From: Candidatus Bathyarchaeota archaeon
GTDB lineage: Archaea > Thermoproteota > Bathyarchaeia > Bathyarchaeales > Bathycorpusculaceae
Direction of reading: 5' to 3'
Length of the DNA: 64,000 nt
NCBI GenBank assembly: GCA_963800495.1
Contig: CAWDBB010000004.1
Span: 194,741 to 258,740 of the forward strand
Of this stretch, positions 1 through 10,009 are shown piece after piece. Within the stretch, counting starts at the first letter, position 1; each line of letters starts with the position of its first letter. Both the position numbers and the translations under genes were made by a program. Below the pieces are notes generated by a model. It was not told the origin of the DNA. It saw only the letters and a program-made list of their open reading frames with translations, and ran no database searches.

Positions 1-1309
1 GAATTTTCACAGCAAGCACAACAGGTTGAAGTTTTTTGCCCTTACATGTAGCGCAAGGACGAGAAGTCATGTATTTTTCGATGTCTTCTTTGCGCCAATC
101 ACTCTCTGTTTGCCGATACAACCGCATGGTCTGGGGGATTACGCCTTCCCAACCGTCACGCATCCACATGCTGGCGCCGTTTGACCAGTTGCCATTGATC
201 GGTTCTTTATCTCCGTATAGAAGAACCTGAAGTTGCTCTTCAGTAAAGTCTTTGATTGGCGTAAAGACGTCAAAGCCGTATTTTTTGCCTACTGTGGCTA
301 TTTGTTGTGCCCGCCAACTAAGCTCCATGGTGCCCTTGTAAACTGCTAAGGCGCCATCCATAATGGAGAGGCTTGTGTCGGGAATCACTTTGTCTGCGGT
401 TACCTCGGTGATTTCTCCTAGGCCGTGGCATGTTGGGCAAGCGCCAAACGGAGAGTTAAAACTGAACATCCGAGGCTCGAGGCTTTCAAAGACGATTTCA
501 GGGTGGTTTGGGCACGCGCCAAACGTGCTATACATTGTTTCGTCTGTGAAGCGTTCAAGCTCCTTTTTCTTTTCGCCCTCAGCCTTTTGAGCGTCGATAA
601 TTATCATTGTTCCTTTGCCGACTTGAAGCGCCTGCTCCACAGCTTCTGAGATGCGTGAGCGCTCTGCATCCTCTATTGCCACGGTATCGATGACTGCTTC
701 AATCCAGTGTTTCTCGTAACGAACTAGCTTAACTTCTTCTTTGATGGAGTCGGACTCGTAGATTTTTTGGTCAGCACGGATTTTTGTGTATCCTTGTTTT
801 TTGAGGTCTTCGAAGATTTGTTCGTGGTTTCCTTTTATTCCGCGTATGACAGGGGCAAGGAATGTGAGGGTTTTACCTTTTTCAGCCATCACGAGGCTGG
901 TAATGTTTTCTGCACTCTGAGGGTGGATACTGCTACCGCATTTGGGGCAGTGATGAACGCCTATTCTTGCGAACAATAGTCTGAGGTAATCGTAGATTTC
1001 AGTTACTGTTCCGACTGTTGACCGCGGGTTCTTGCTGGTGCTTTTCTGCTCAATCGAAATTGCTGGAGAAAGCCCTTCAATCGAATCCACATCGGGCTTA
1101 TCCATCAAACCCAAAAACTGGCGGGCATAAGCGCTTAGGCTTTCTACATACCGCCTTTGGCCTTCCGCGTAAATCGTGTCGAAAGCCAACGTGGATTTTC
1201 CTGAGCCTGAAAGCCCAGTTATAACTATGAACTTGTTTCGGGGCAACTCTAAATCGATGTTTTTTAAGTTGTGTTCCCGTGCACCTTTAACAGAAATGTT
1301 ATCTCTCAT
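1..1309 (-). CDS. uvrA: Excinuclease ABC subunit A (5' part; runs off the window start)
   Basis: Manual translation from ATG 1309: [57 protein letters not shown], plus [17 protein letters not shown] Zn-finger. Absent from the ORF track because it has no stop in the window. Confidence 0.97.
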   Translation of the reverse strand, partial: MRDNISVKGAREHNLKNIDLELPRNKFIVITGLSGSGKSTLAFDTIYAEGQRRYVESLSAYARQFLGLMDKPDVDSIEGLSPAISIEQKSTSKNPRSTVGTVTEIYDYLRLLFARIGVHHCPKCGSSIHPQSAENITSLVMAEKGKTLTFLAPVIRGIKGNHEQIFEDLKKQGYTKIRADQKIYESDSIKEEVKLVRYEKHWIEAVIDTVAIEDAERSRISEAVEQALQVGKGTMIIIDAQKAEGEKKKELERFTDETMYSTFGACPNHPEIVFESLEPRMFSFNSPFGACPTCHGLGEITEVTADKVIPDTSLSIMDGALAVYKGTMELSWRAQQIATVGKKYGFDVFTPIKDFTEEQLQVLLYGDKEPINGNWSNGASMWMRDGWEGVIPQTMRLYRQTESDWRKEDIEKYMTSRPCATCKGKKLQPVVLAVKI

Positions 1310-1382
1310 AACTTAAACCAAATTCCTTCTAATTATTTTGTAGTGTTTGACGGGGGGATTAGAACCTTTTTGCGGTAAATCC

Positions 1383-3341
1383 TTAATTTTCTGGCTGCAC
1401 CATGTCATTTTCTAGTTTCCGAGACAGCGCTTTGTTGAGCTCAGCAATGGCATCCCGCAATTCGATAGCGCGTTCAAAGTCCAATTTCTCCGCTGCTTCC
1501 CGCATCTGCGCATCCAACTCTACCATCTGGCGTTTCATGTCAGATTTAGGCAGATGTTTGGTGCCTCTAATTACACCTTCCTTCTTGGAAACACTTTTAA
1601 CGATGGTTTTAGGGGTTATACCGTGTTCCTGATTGAAGCGTCTCTGGAAGCTGCGACGATACCACGTGGTTTCCACGGCGCGCTTAATCGATTTGGTTTC
1701 TATATCGGCATAAAGGATTACTTTGCCGTTGACGTTTCTTGACGCGCGGCCGATAGTTTGGATGAGACTTCGTTCGTCTCGCAGGAACCCTTCTTTGTCA
1801 GCGTCCAGGATGAATATGGTTGCGACTTCGGGAAGGTCTAAGCCTTCGCGGAGCAGATTGATTCCGACGAGGACGTCGAAGTCGCCTATACGTAGCTGCC
1901 GTATGAGTTCGATGCGATCGAGGCTTTCGATTTCCGAGTGCATGTACCTGACGCGGAAGCCTTCTTTAGACAAATAGTCCGCGAGGTCTTCAGCCATGCG
2001 CTTGGTCAGGGTTGTAACGAGTACGCGGTCGCCCCGTGCGATGGTTTTCTTGGCTTCCACCATCAAATCCTGCATCTGCCCCTCAATGGGACGCATCTCC
2101 ACCTCAGGGTCCAAAAGACCCGTGGGACGAGTGATCAATTCGACTGGTGGACCACTCTTTTCCAACTCGTATTCGGCTGGGGTTGCAGAGACAAAAAGAA
2201 CCTTACCCATTTTCTTCTCGAACTCATCAAACTTGAGCGGACGGTTGTCGAGTGCACTTGGAAGTCTGAAGCCAAAGTCAACTAGGTTCTTTTTGCGTGC
2301 AAAGTCGCCGTTGTACATAGCACGAGACTGGGGAATTGTCTGGTGGCTTTCATCGATGATTAACAGGTAGTCTTTTGGGAAGTAATCCATCAAGGTGAAG
2401 GGCGGCTCGCCGGGTTTGCGTCCATCGAAGTGGCGACTGTAGTTTTCCATTCCCGCACAGAAACCCACCTCCTTAATCATTTCTAAATCGTAGTTTGTGC
2501 GTTGTTTTAGCCTTTGAGCTTCAAGTGGAGGCAAATTAGGCAACTGTGCTTCCAACTCTTTTTTAATGAGCTCAAGGGCTAAGGCATGCTTCTCTTCAGG
2601 CACCACATATTGGCGAGCTGGATAAAGTGTAAATTTGTCGAGCGCCGTTTTTAAGTCGCCGTTTAATAGGTTAACTTCTTTTATTTTTTTAATGGTGTTT
2701 CCTTCGAGTTCGACGCGTAAAATTTCATTCTCATAAGAGGGAACGACGTCCAATGTGTCTCCTCGGACACGGAACCTTCCAGCCTCAAGAACCATATCGT
2801 TTCGTTCATACTGCATGTCCACGAGTTCACGGATAAGCTGTTGCCTTGAAATTTGCTTCCCGACCTCGAGTTCAGCCGCCATGGTCTTGAAATCATCAGG
2901 GTTGCCTAAGCTGTAGATGCAGCTTATGCTAGCGACGATTATTGTATCGTTTCGGCTAACGATGCTGGAAACGGCGTGCATGCGCATCTTCTCTATCTGC
3001 TCATTTACCGTGGAATCTTTTTCAATGTACATGTCTTGAGCAGGTAAATATGATTCAGGCTGGTAATAATCGTAAAAACTAATGAAGTATTCCACTCGGT
3101 TATGGGGAAAAAGTTCCTTTAACTCCGCATACAGCTGGGCTGCCAAGGTCTTGTTGTGAGCGATGATGAGGGTTGGTTTTTGGAGTTTGTTAATTACGTT
3201 TGCCATAACAAATGTTTTGCCGCTGCCCGTAATTCCCAAAAGCGTTTGTTTGGGTTTTGTGGAGAAGTTTTTCACTAACTGGTCTACAGCGGTTTGCTGT
3301 CCAGTCGAGATTTGAAATGGTGCGATAAGTTCGAATAGCAC
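1383..3341 (-). CDS. uvrB: Excinuclease ABC subunit B
   Basis: GITGSGKT Walker A, YYDYYQPE beta-hairpin, DESH, GFRLPSALDNRPL, C-terminal UVR motif DFERAIELRD. Confidence 0.98.
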   Translation of the reverse strand: MLFELIAPFQISTGQQTAVDQLVKNFSTKPKQTLLGITGSGKTFVMANVINKLQKPTLIIAHNKTLAAQLYAELKELFPHNRVEYFISFYDYYQPESYLPAQDMYIEKDSTVNEQIEKMRMHAVSSIVSRNDTIIVASISCIYSLGNPDDFKTMAAELEVGKQISRQQLIRELVDMQYERNDMVLEAGRFRVRGDTLDVVPSYENEILRVELEGNTIKKIKEVNLLNGDLKTALDKFTLYPARQYVVPEEKHALALELIKKELEAQLPNLPPLEAQRLKQRTNYDLEMIKEVGFCAGMENYSRHFDGRKPGEPPFTLMDYFPKDYLLIIDESHQTIPQSRAMYNGDFARKKNLVDFGFRLPSALDNRPLKFDEFEKKMGKVLFVSATPAEYELEKSGPPVELITRPTGLLDPEVEMRPIEGQMQDLMVEAKKTIARGDRVLVTTLTKRMAEDLADYLSKEGFRVRYMHSEIESLDRIELIRQLRIGDFDVLVGINLLREGLDLPEVATIFILDADKEGFLRDERSLIQTIGRASRNVNGKVILYADIETKSIKRAVETTWYRRSFQRRFNQEHGITPKTIVKSVSKKEGVIRGTKHLPKSDMKRQMVELDAQMREAAEKLDFERAIELRDAIAELNKALSRKLENDMVQPEN

Positions 3342-3518
3342 ATTACTTCCCCACTAATGACAAGAAATGTTCCAATTAAGATTTAAATTAATAAGTATTG
3401 TCTAAAAAGATTGTTTTCTTAGCCAGTTTTTATTAGGGCTGAATATTTAATTTAGTATAGCGATAAAAATTTCCGCTTCTATAAATTAGAAAAACCGGAG
3501 CGGATTACTAACCTTTCT

Positions 3519-3812
3519 TTATTCGACGGTTAGTTTTCCAAATTTGCCAACGTTAAGCTGAATTTCGCTCTTAAAACTCGTAACGTAGCCGTTTTCGATT
3601 TTTATGTTGTCTCCAACATTGATTTGGTCAATTTGTTCATTCCAAAGTGTTAGTTTTACGCTGCCAGATTCATCAGCAACTACAGCGTCAACTATTCGGT
3701 AAGTTTCATCTTTGAATCGTGATTTAACTTCTCGTGGGTCGCCTTTGTCGACAACTTTGGCTTCAACGCTAACCCGCTTCATGCCATCTTGTAAATCTTT
3801 AATCGCAACCAT
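3519..3812 (-). CDS. ssb: Single-OB-fold single-stranded DNA-binding protein (crenarchaeal-type SSB)
   Basis: IKDL...DESGSVKLTLW...GDNIKIENGYVTSFK..QLNVGKFG. Start taken at ATG 3812 after GAAGGA. Confidence 0.85.
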   Translation of the reverse strand: MVAIKDLQDGMKRVSVEAKVVDKGDPREVKSRFKDETYRIVDAVVADESGSVKLTLWNEQIDQINVGDNIKIENGYVTSFKSEIQLNVGKFGKLTVE

Positions 3813-3940
3813 CTTAATTCCTTCTTTTAAACTGTTCACTAACAGTCGGTTTTCAATTGCAAAGGTGACCTGCAATCATATAAATCTTGCTAACTAAAAA
3901 AGAAATGAAAAATTGTTGGGTAAACGCCTTTTGGCGTTGC

Positions 3941-5308
3941 TTAAACTGATCCGACCAAGAAGATCAAGAGCAGAATCACTATTGCTAAGCTGACTGCAGA
4001 TATGGCAATGCGTTTAACCATTGATAGCTCGGGTTTAAGTGCACCAATAACCATGGCGCCCACTGCACCCAGCCAAACGTAGGACACAATGGCCATTCCT
4101 GAAACTATAGTTCTGAAAGCTGAAGTTGCAGCATCAATATTGTGGAAGATAGCCTGTGACATGGCAGGTAATACTCCTAATGCGTCTGGAGGGAAGTACA
4201 ACGCTGCGAATGGGTCAAAGCGTACACCTAATGATAGGTCGAATGGGTAATAGACGTTTGACAGAGTAAAGCTTGCAGCAAGGTTAACTAATGCTCGGAC
4301 GACCATAATCATCATTGCGAAGCCTAATGCAGTGAAGAGAGGTTTCCAGAATACTTGACTTTTTAGTAGTCTGCAGATGAGGTAAATTATTCCAGTAAGG
4401 ATGAACCAACCAAAGATGAACTGTAAGGAGAACAGTTGTAGGAATTGAAGCAAGACTCCGGTGCTATTGTATTGGAGCGGTGAGAGATATTGACCGTGGA
4501 AAAATAATGCGCCAATCTGAATTGATATGTTGGAGTTTGAGGAGTAAGTGAAGCTAAGTGTAAGTGATGTTATATTGCTCCAGGTTGGGTTACCAGTACT
4601 TGTCCACCCGGTTGCATTGGGACCAAGAGTTAGGGTCAGATTGTTCCATTGACCGATTAATGATGCGTTTGATAGTAAAGGAGTTAAGTTATACTGGTAG
4701 TAGTCAGCGTCAGTTAGTGAATATAGCGTTAAAGTTGCACTTTGGGGCACTGCTTGAGGTTGGTCTTGTTTTAATGTAATTGAGAGGTTCTGGAAAGCGT
4801 TTGGACTGCAGTCAACAGTTAGGCTGGAAAGAGGCGTAAGCTTTTTGTCAACTAAACTTTGGTTAAGGCTGTTTAAGGCTGATTTGATGTCTAATCCTGC
4901 GGCTAAGGAGTTTGTGTTGTTTGCAGCCATTTCGAGACTGCTGTTTCCAAAAAGCTTGTAGTATGCGTTCGAGTCCGTTGTGGGAAGACCAAAACCGGCT
5001 ACGTAAACACTATAATTGTAGAAATCGTTAAAGTTATTAGTTAATGCAACATTAGGGCTACTTCTCCACACTGTAGTAACATTATCAATTCCCGTTAACG
5101 TAGCATTAGTAAATGTTGCCAACTGGTCGATTGATGGATTGGTTTGCTCTGTGTACGTTTTAGAAAACTGTGAATATTCATAACCTATGGACAGGCCTAT
5201 GAATAGAACTAAAACAAGTACTGCGCCAAGGTATTTTGGGTTTGCAACAATATCTTTGAAAACCTTATGCGGCGCATAAATGACTTTTAGTAGGTCATTA
5301 AGTATCAA
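3941..5308 (-). CDS. Yip1-like membrane protein with large inserted extracellular Asn/Ser/Thr-rich domain
   Basis: N-terminal P..F..I motif + TM helix, ~230-aa polar domain with many N-x-S/T sequons, 4 C-terminal TM helices. Confidence 0.6.
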   Translation of the reverse strand: MILNDLLKVIYAPHKVFKDIVANPKYLGAVLVLVLFIGLSIGYEYSQFSKTYTEQTNPSIDQLATFTNATLTGIDNVTTVWRSSPNVALTNNFNDFYNYSVYVAGFGLPTTDSNAYYKLFGNSSLEMAANNTNSLAAGLDIKSALNSLNQSLVDKKLTPLSSLTVDCSPNAFQNLSITLKQDQPQAVPQSATLTLYSLTDADYYQYNLTPLLSNASLIGQWNNLTLTLGPNATGWTSTGNPTWSNITSLTLSFTYSSNSNISIQIGALFFHGQYLSPLQYNSTGVLLQFLQLFSLQFIFGWFILTGIIYLICRLLKSQVFWKPLFTALGFAMMIMVVRALVNLAASFTLSNVYYPFDLSLGVRFDPFAALYFPPDALGVLPAMSQAIFHNIDAATSAFRTIVSGMAIVSYVWLGAVGAMVIGALKPELSMVKRIAISAVSLAIVILLLIFLVGSV

Positions 5309-5490
5309 TCTTTTCTCTCCCTTTGCAATGTGAAGTTACTCGGCATTTATTAAGGGTTATTCACATCTCCAATAAAGCGGACGATAAGCTGCATAATAGC
5401 CAAGCATAAAATCGCTAATTCGGCGATAACAAGTCAGCGCTGTATAATAAAGAAAGGGAAAATAAAACGGAAAAATACTTTGACTTACGG

Positions 5491-6999
5491 TTACATTCCT
5501 GATTTGAGCCGTCGATAGGTTGTGTAATCCACATATTCTATGAAGGGATTTTCGGCTTGGAATTTTACGGTGATCTTCTGTCGTTTCCGTTTGTCAAGAA
5601 GCTGGCTTGTCGTTCTAAGCAGGTATGAATCGCTGCCAGCGCCTGAACCGTAACTTGTAACCAGAATGCGTTCGTCAGGTTTAGCAACATCGAGAACTGC
5701 AGCTAAACCTACAAGCGAGGCACCCGAGTAAGTATTGCCGAACTTTGTTATTTGAAGAGCAGGCAAATATTGCTCATCTTTAAAGCCAAGTTCTTTTGCA
5801 ACCCTTACTGGAAAAGTGGGGTTAGGCTGATGAGGAACAAAATAGTTTAAGTCGGCGGCTTTAACGTTGAAGCGTTCCATGAGTTTAGTGGCGGCTTTAC
5901 GAACATGTTTATGGTATGCTGGGTCGCCTGTGAATCTTCCGCCATGCATGGGGTATGGTTCACCGTCTCGACGCCAAAAGTCAGGAGTATCAGAAGTGCA
6001 GGAGTACCACCCTTCAACTTCAGCGATTACATCCTGTTTTCCATAGATGAATGCTGCGGCGCCATATCCGACAAAAGAATCTAATTCACCACCAGGGCAT
6101 CCTCGGGGTGCTGCTTGAGAATTATCTGCACCAATAACCATTGCGTACTTTATGCCTGATCGAGGGTAACTAACAAGGGCAGATGCATCTTTGAACATAC
6201 TTGTGGCTGCTTTACAAGCAAACTCTGTATCCACTGCATCAACGCTTTGAACGTCACCATCTTCTTCCCCTAACTGTAGAACCTGAGCTACTTTAGACGC
6301 TATGGGTTTAACGGCATAAGGGTTAGATTCTGAGCCAACGTAAACTTTTCCAACCCACGCACTATCAAGTCCTGAATGGATTAGGGAAAGTTTTCCAGCT
6401 TCAACCGCCGCTGTAACAGAATCTTCATCTATAAAAGGAACAGCACGTTCTAACCCGCCGTCTTTTATTCGGAAACGTGAGGAGTAAGCTCCATAACCTA
6501 CAATCCCGGGCAACTCGTAGTCTTTGGTTGGCTGAATCACCTTGTATTCCTGATGTGGATAATACTCATCAGCTAAAGTAAAAGCTAAAGAAATCGTTGG
6601 AACAACCTCGCTTTTTCCTACAGAGTAACGTCTGCGGAAGCGAGGAATTACTTCCCGTCCCTCAAGGCTCGCAAAATCCACGTCGTCACCATCACAAATC
6701 AATTGATCTGTTAGCCGTGCAGGCACACGGATTTTGCCGTCATGGAAAGAAACAATGCCGTAAACATAACTAGATAGTTTCATGAATTTGTTTGTAGGCT
6801 CATTAACGTAAGTGCAGAGTTCCAATTTGCCCTTATCATAGAACAAATCGATGCTATCCATTTTACCGAAGCTTTTTCTGCCGCAGTTGCTGCAGTAGTC
6901 GCGCACTTCAAAGTATTCTTTGCCGCAACTTTGACAACGACATGCCTTTAGGCGGTCGCCTAAGTAAGAAACACGTCGCTCTATTGGCTCACTACTCAT
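5491..6999 (-). CDS. DUF35 (Zn-ribbon/OB-fold)–hydroxymethylglutaryl-CoA synthase fusion
   Basis: N-terminal CQSC...CSNC + OB fold with RFRR; C-terminal archaeal HMGCS with GSES, EFACKAAT, TPDFWRR, HQPN, GNTYSG. Confidence 0.9.
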   Translation of the reverse strand: MSSEPIERRVSYLGDRLKACRCQSCGKEYFEVRDYCSNCGRKSFGKMDSIDLFYDKGKLELCTYVNEPTNKFMKLSSYVYGIVSFHDGKIRVPARLTDQLICDGDDVDFASLEGREVIPRFRRRYSVGKSEVVPTISLAFTLADEYYPHQEYKVIQPTKDYELPGIVGYGAYSSRFRIKDGGLERAVPFIDEDSVTAAVEAGKLSLIHSGLDSAWVGKVYVGSESNPYAVKPIASKVAQVLQLGEEDGDVQSVDAVDTEFACKAATSMFKDASALVSYPRSGIKYAMVIGADNSQAAPRGCPGGELDSFVGYGAAAFIYGKQDVIAEVEGWYSCTSDTPDFWRRDGEPYPMHGGRFTGDPAYHKHVRKAATKLMERFNVKAADLNYFVPHQPNPTFPVRVAKELGFKDEQYLPALQITKFGNTYSGASLVGLAAVLDVAKPDERILVTSYGSGAGSDSYLLRTTSQLLDKRKRQKITVKFQAENPFIEYVDYTTYRRLKSGM

Positions 7000-8188
7000 T
7001 TTTCTGCACTCCTAAAATGGATACGTATGCTTTAGTTCCAAAGCCCTCAAACTCCAATACCCCGCCATTATGGGGTAAACTATTGCCATCGTGAACTTGT
7101 CTTTCACCTGCTTCACCACGAAGTTGGCGGAAAATCTCATAAATCTGTGCCCCCCCAGTTGCACCCAACGGGTTACCGTCTGCCTTTAAGCCGCCATCTG
7201 TGTTTACATAAAGCGGTTTTCCACTTATGTCATAACAGTTTTGGCACCCATGAATACTTTTCCATGCAGTACCAGGTTGGCAGAAGCCCAAGTCTTCAAG
7301 AGAAACCATCTCCATAACAGTAGATTGATCGTAAACTTCGAGAATTTGCAAATCCGAAGGTTTAACCTTAGAGGTTTGGACAGCGTTTTTCATTGCAAGC
7401 TCAGCAGCAACAAAATGTGATAAGTCTTCTCGTTTTGGATAGTTCAGATAGTCAGTTGCTGAACCGATGGCTAAAACTGAGACTGGTTGCTTGGTCTTTT
7501 TTTTGGCGACTGAGTCGCTTGTTAGAATTAAAGCTGAGGCTCCATCCGAAATTGGGGCAAAATCGTAGAGTCCCAAGGGTTTATGGGCGGTTTTTCTTGC
7601 GCTTAGAACTTGTTCGATGGTGATTTTTCTTTGAAATTGCGCATATTTGTTTTTAGTTGCGTTTGCATGGTTCTTAACAGTAATCTCTGCCAAAGCCATG
7701 TTCAACTTGTCGAGGTTTTCGCCCGCAATATGGTGTTTCTTTATGTAAGCTCGAAGCATGAGTTCATGGTTTGATTCAGGTGTGCCACCTGCATAATAAC
7801 TCCACGGATCATCAAGTAACATGAGGTCGTCGCGGATTTTGTCCCAGCGATCCGTCATCTTCTCTATACCACCCACCAGAACCGTATTGTAGACTCCAGC
7901 CTGAATCGCGTGGCAAGCGGTTAACAGAGCAGCGCTGAAGGAGCGGGTAACTTCCATGGGAACATGAAGTTCAGTTAATTCGGACAGAAAACCCTCTTCA
8001 AGCCCTAACTTGTTAGTGATGGGAAGAAAACAATCTGATAGGTAACAAGCTTCTAGGTCTTTGCGTTCGATGTTACATTCGTTTGAAGCGGCAAGCCAAG
8101 ATTCCTCAATTAGTTTTTCCGGTTCTTTGCCGTAGTGTTCTCCAAACTTAGTGCGGCCAACAGCAACGATGGCTGGGCAGTTTTGCAT
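6992..8188 (-). CDS. Archaeal acetoacetyl-CoA thiolase-family protein with degenerate catalytic motifs
   Basis: TKFGE, GIEKM, PISDGASALIL, EDLGFC, GGLKA.G.PLGATG..Q scaffold motifs; overlaps the downstream fusion gene. Confidence 0.9.
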   Translation of the reverse strand: MQNCPAIVAVGRTKFGEHYGKEPEKLIEESWLAASNECNIERKDLEACYLSDCFLPITNKLGLEEGFLSELTELHVPMEVTRSFSAALLTACHAIQAGVYNTVLVGGIEKMTDRWDKIRDDLMLLDDPWSYYAGGTPESNHELMLRAYIKKHHIAGENLDKLNMALAEITVKNHANATKNKYAQFQRKITIEQVLSARKTAHKPLGLYDFAPISDGASALILTSDSVAKKKTKQPVSVLAIGSATDYLNYPKREDLSHFVAAELAMKNAVQTSKVKPSDLQILEVYDQSTVMEMVSLEDLGFCQPGTAWKSIHGCQNCYDISGKPLYVNTDGGLKADGNPLGATGGAQIYEIFRQLRGEAGERQVHDGNSLPHNGGVLEFEGFGTKAYVSILGVQKNE

Positions 8189-8316
8189 TACATTTTCCCC
8201 TTTTTGGATAGCATAACAGGTTTTCCAAAACGACTATTAAGGGTTTGCCATATCCACAAGAAAAATACGAATAACAAAGTCAAAAACAAACCGTAAAAAA
8301 ATTAACTTAACCCTCT

Positions 8317-9714
8317 TTATGGGACTCCATTGGTTATCTCATTTTTAGTTAACTGAAACCTTGTTGTTTCCACTAGATTTTGAAGGTTTTGACTCAACTC
8401 CACTGGGTATATTGGAGCATCCCTCAATGTCTTAAATTTGTCTGGAAGTTTTGATAGATTTTCTGAAGCTGTAGCGCGGATTTGCTCAAGCGACGGCAAA
8501 CTGTAGGATAATTTGCCTTTTTCCATGACTTTAACAAGCAAACCTTCACCTGCTACAGTCTCATTAGCCAAGGCAATAACATCTTTTTTGAAACATCCAG
8601 CTTCATCTTTGAAACGGTAAACTTGCTTTCGCCCAGGAAGAGTGATTTTGTCCTTGCTTAGCTTCATAATTGGCGAGAAATTACCGTCAACTGTCATGGT
8701 TTCGCAGAGCTTGTAGATGACATCAAGGTATGGGCGGTCCGCAGAAGTACCCATTTTCGTCCCAACGCCAAACGCGTCAATCCTGGCATTGTCTTTTAGG
8801 AGTTGTGTAATTTTGAATTCATCCAAGTCGCCGCTAACAAAAATTTTAACGTTCCCCAAACCATTGTTATCCAAGATTTTTCTAACCTTTTTGCTTGTTT
8901 CTGCTAGGTCTCCACTGTCCAATCTGACGCCGCCAAGACTGTAGCCTTTTGCTTCGAGTTCCTTGGCGACGATGATGGCTTTTTCTGCGCCTGCCATGTC
9001 ATCGTAGGTGTCTATGAGGAGGGTAGATTTGGTTGGGAAAGTTTTGGTAAACGCTCGGAAGGCCTCAATTTCTTTAGGGTAGGACATGATGAACGAGTGT
9101 GCCATGGTACCGAAGACTGGAATGTCGTAAGCCATGCCTGCTAAAACGTTACTAGTTCCTTCGCATCCAGCAATATAGCTTGAACGGGCCACCTTCATGC
9201 CAGCGTCTACCCCGGGTTCTCGACGCAAACCGAACTCAATAACTGATTTGCCTTTAGCCGAATGAACCACACGTGAAGATTTGGTGGCAATCATTGTTTG
9301 TAGGTTAATGGTATTTAATAGAAAAGTTTCGACGAGTTGTGCCTCGATTATGGGCGCGGTTACTCGAATTAAGGGTTCGTTGGGAAACGCTACAGTTCCC
9401 TCGGGAACAGCCCAAACCTCACCAGTGAACTTAAACTTGGAAAGATAACTAAGGAAATCCTGACGAAAACCCTGCTTTTTTAGATACTCCAAATGTTCCC
9501 CAGTAAACTTTATTCGCTGCAAGTACTGCAACGCCTCTTCTAAGCCTGCGAAAAGAAAATAGCTACGGTTTTCGGGTAGCCGTCGGATGAAAAGGTCGAA
9601 TGTTGCAGGCTCAAAGTTTTTGTTGTCAAAGTAACTTGCGCACATGGTCAATTCGTAATAATCGGTAAATAAGCTCATGTTTTCCGCTTTTAAATAGCCA
9701 AGAAAACTTTTCAT
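8317..9714 (-). CDS. pncB: Nicotinate phosphoribosyltransferase
   Basis: FTDYYELTM, EFGLRR, GTMAHSF, LIDTYD, GVRLDSGDL, FGVGT. Confidence 0.95.
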   Translation of the reverse strand: MKSFLGYLKAENMSLFTDYYELTMCASYFDNKNFEPATFDLFIRRLPENRSYFLFAGLEEALQYLQRIKFTGEHLEYLKKQGFRQDFLSYLSKFKFTGEVWAVPEGTVAFPNEPLIRVTAPIIEAQLVETFLLNTINLQTMIATKSSRVVHSAKGKSVIEFGLRREPGVDAGMKVARSSYIAGCEGTSNVLAGMAYDIPVFGTMAHSFIMSYPKEIEAFRAFTKTFPTKSTLLIDTYDDMAGAEKAIIVAKELEAKGYSLGGVRLDSGDLAETSKKVRKILDNNGLGNVKIFVSGDLDEFKITQLLKDNARIDAFGVGTKMGTSADRPYLDVIYKLCETMTVDGNFSPIMKLSKDKITLPGRKQVYRFKDEAGCFKKDVIALANETVAGEGLLVKVMEKGKLSYSLPSLEQIRATASENLSKLPDKFKTLRDAPIYPVELSQNLQNLVETTRFQLTKNEITNGVP

Positions 9715-10009
9715 GAACTAGTAGAGAAGGCACTTATGATTTAATTGTTTCTAGCCTACCAAGCGATGAAATGCTGAACTCTAAAGAGAGACGTTGATGG
9801 CCTGTATGAGGTCAAGGAAGGTCTCAAAGAAGAGCTCTCCAGAATGGGTGCTATTCCACCGTAAACACTCCTAATTTTCAAATAGGCATCAGTTAATTAG
9901 AACAGAGTGGTTTTCACTTTCACTTAACCCTCCACTATGAAAAATACTCTGTTACTCGTGTGTTTTAAATATCTCTAACCATACATCAACACTAAATGTG
10001 TGAAGTTTA

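Noticed and set aside
36-1224. Short + strand ORFs at the window start
   Set aside because: Antisense shadows of uvrA
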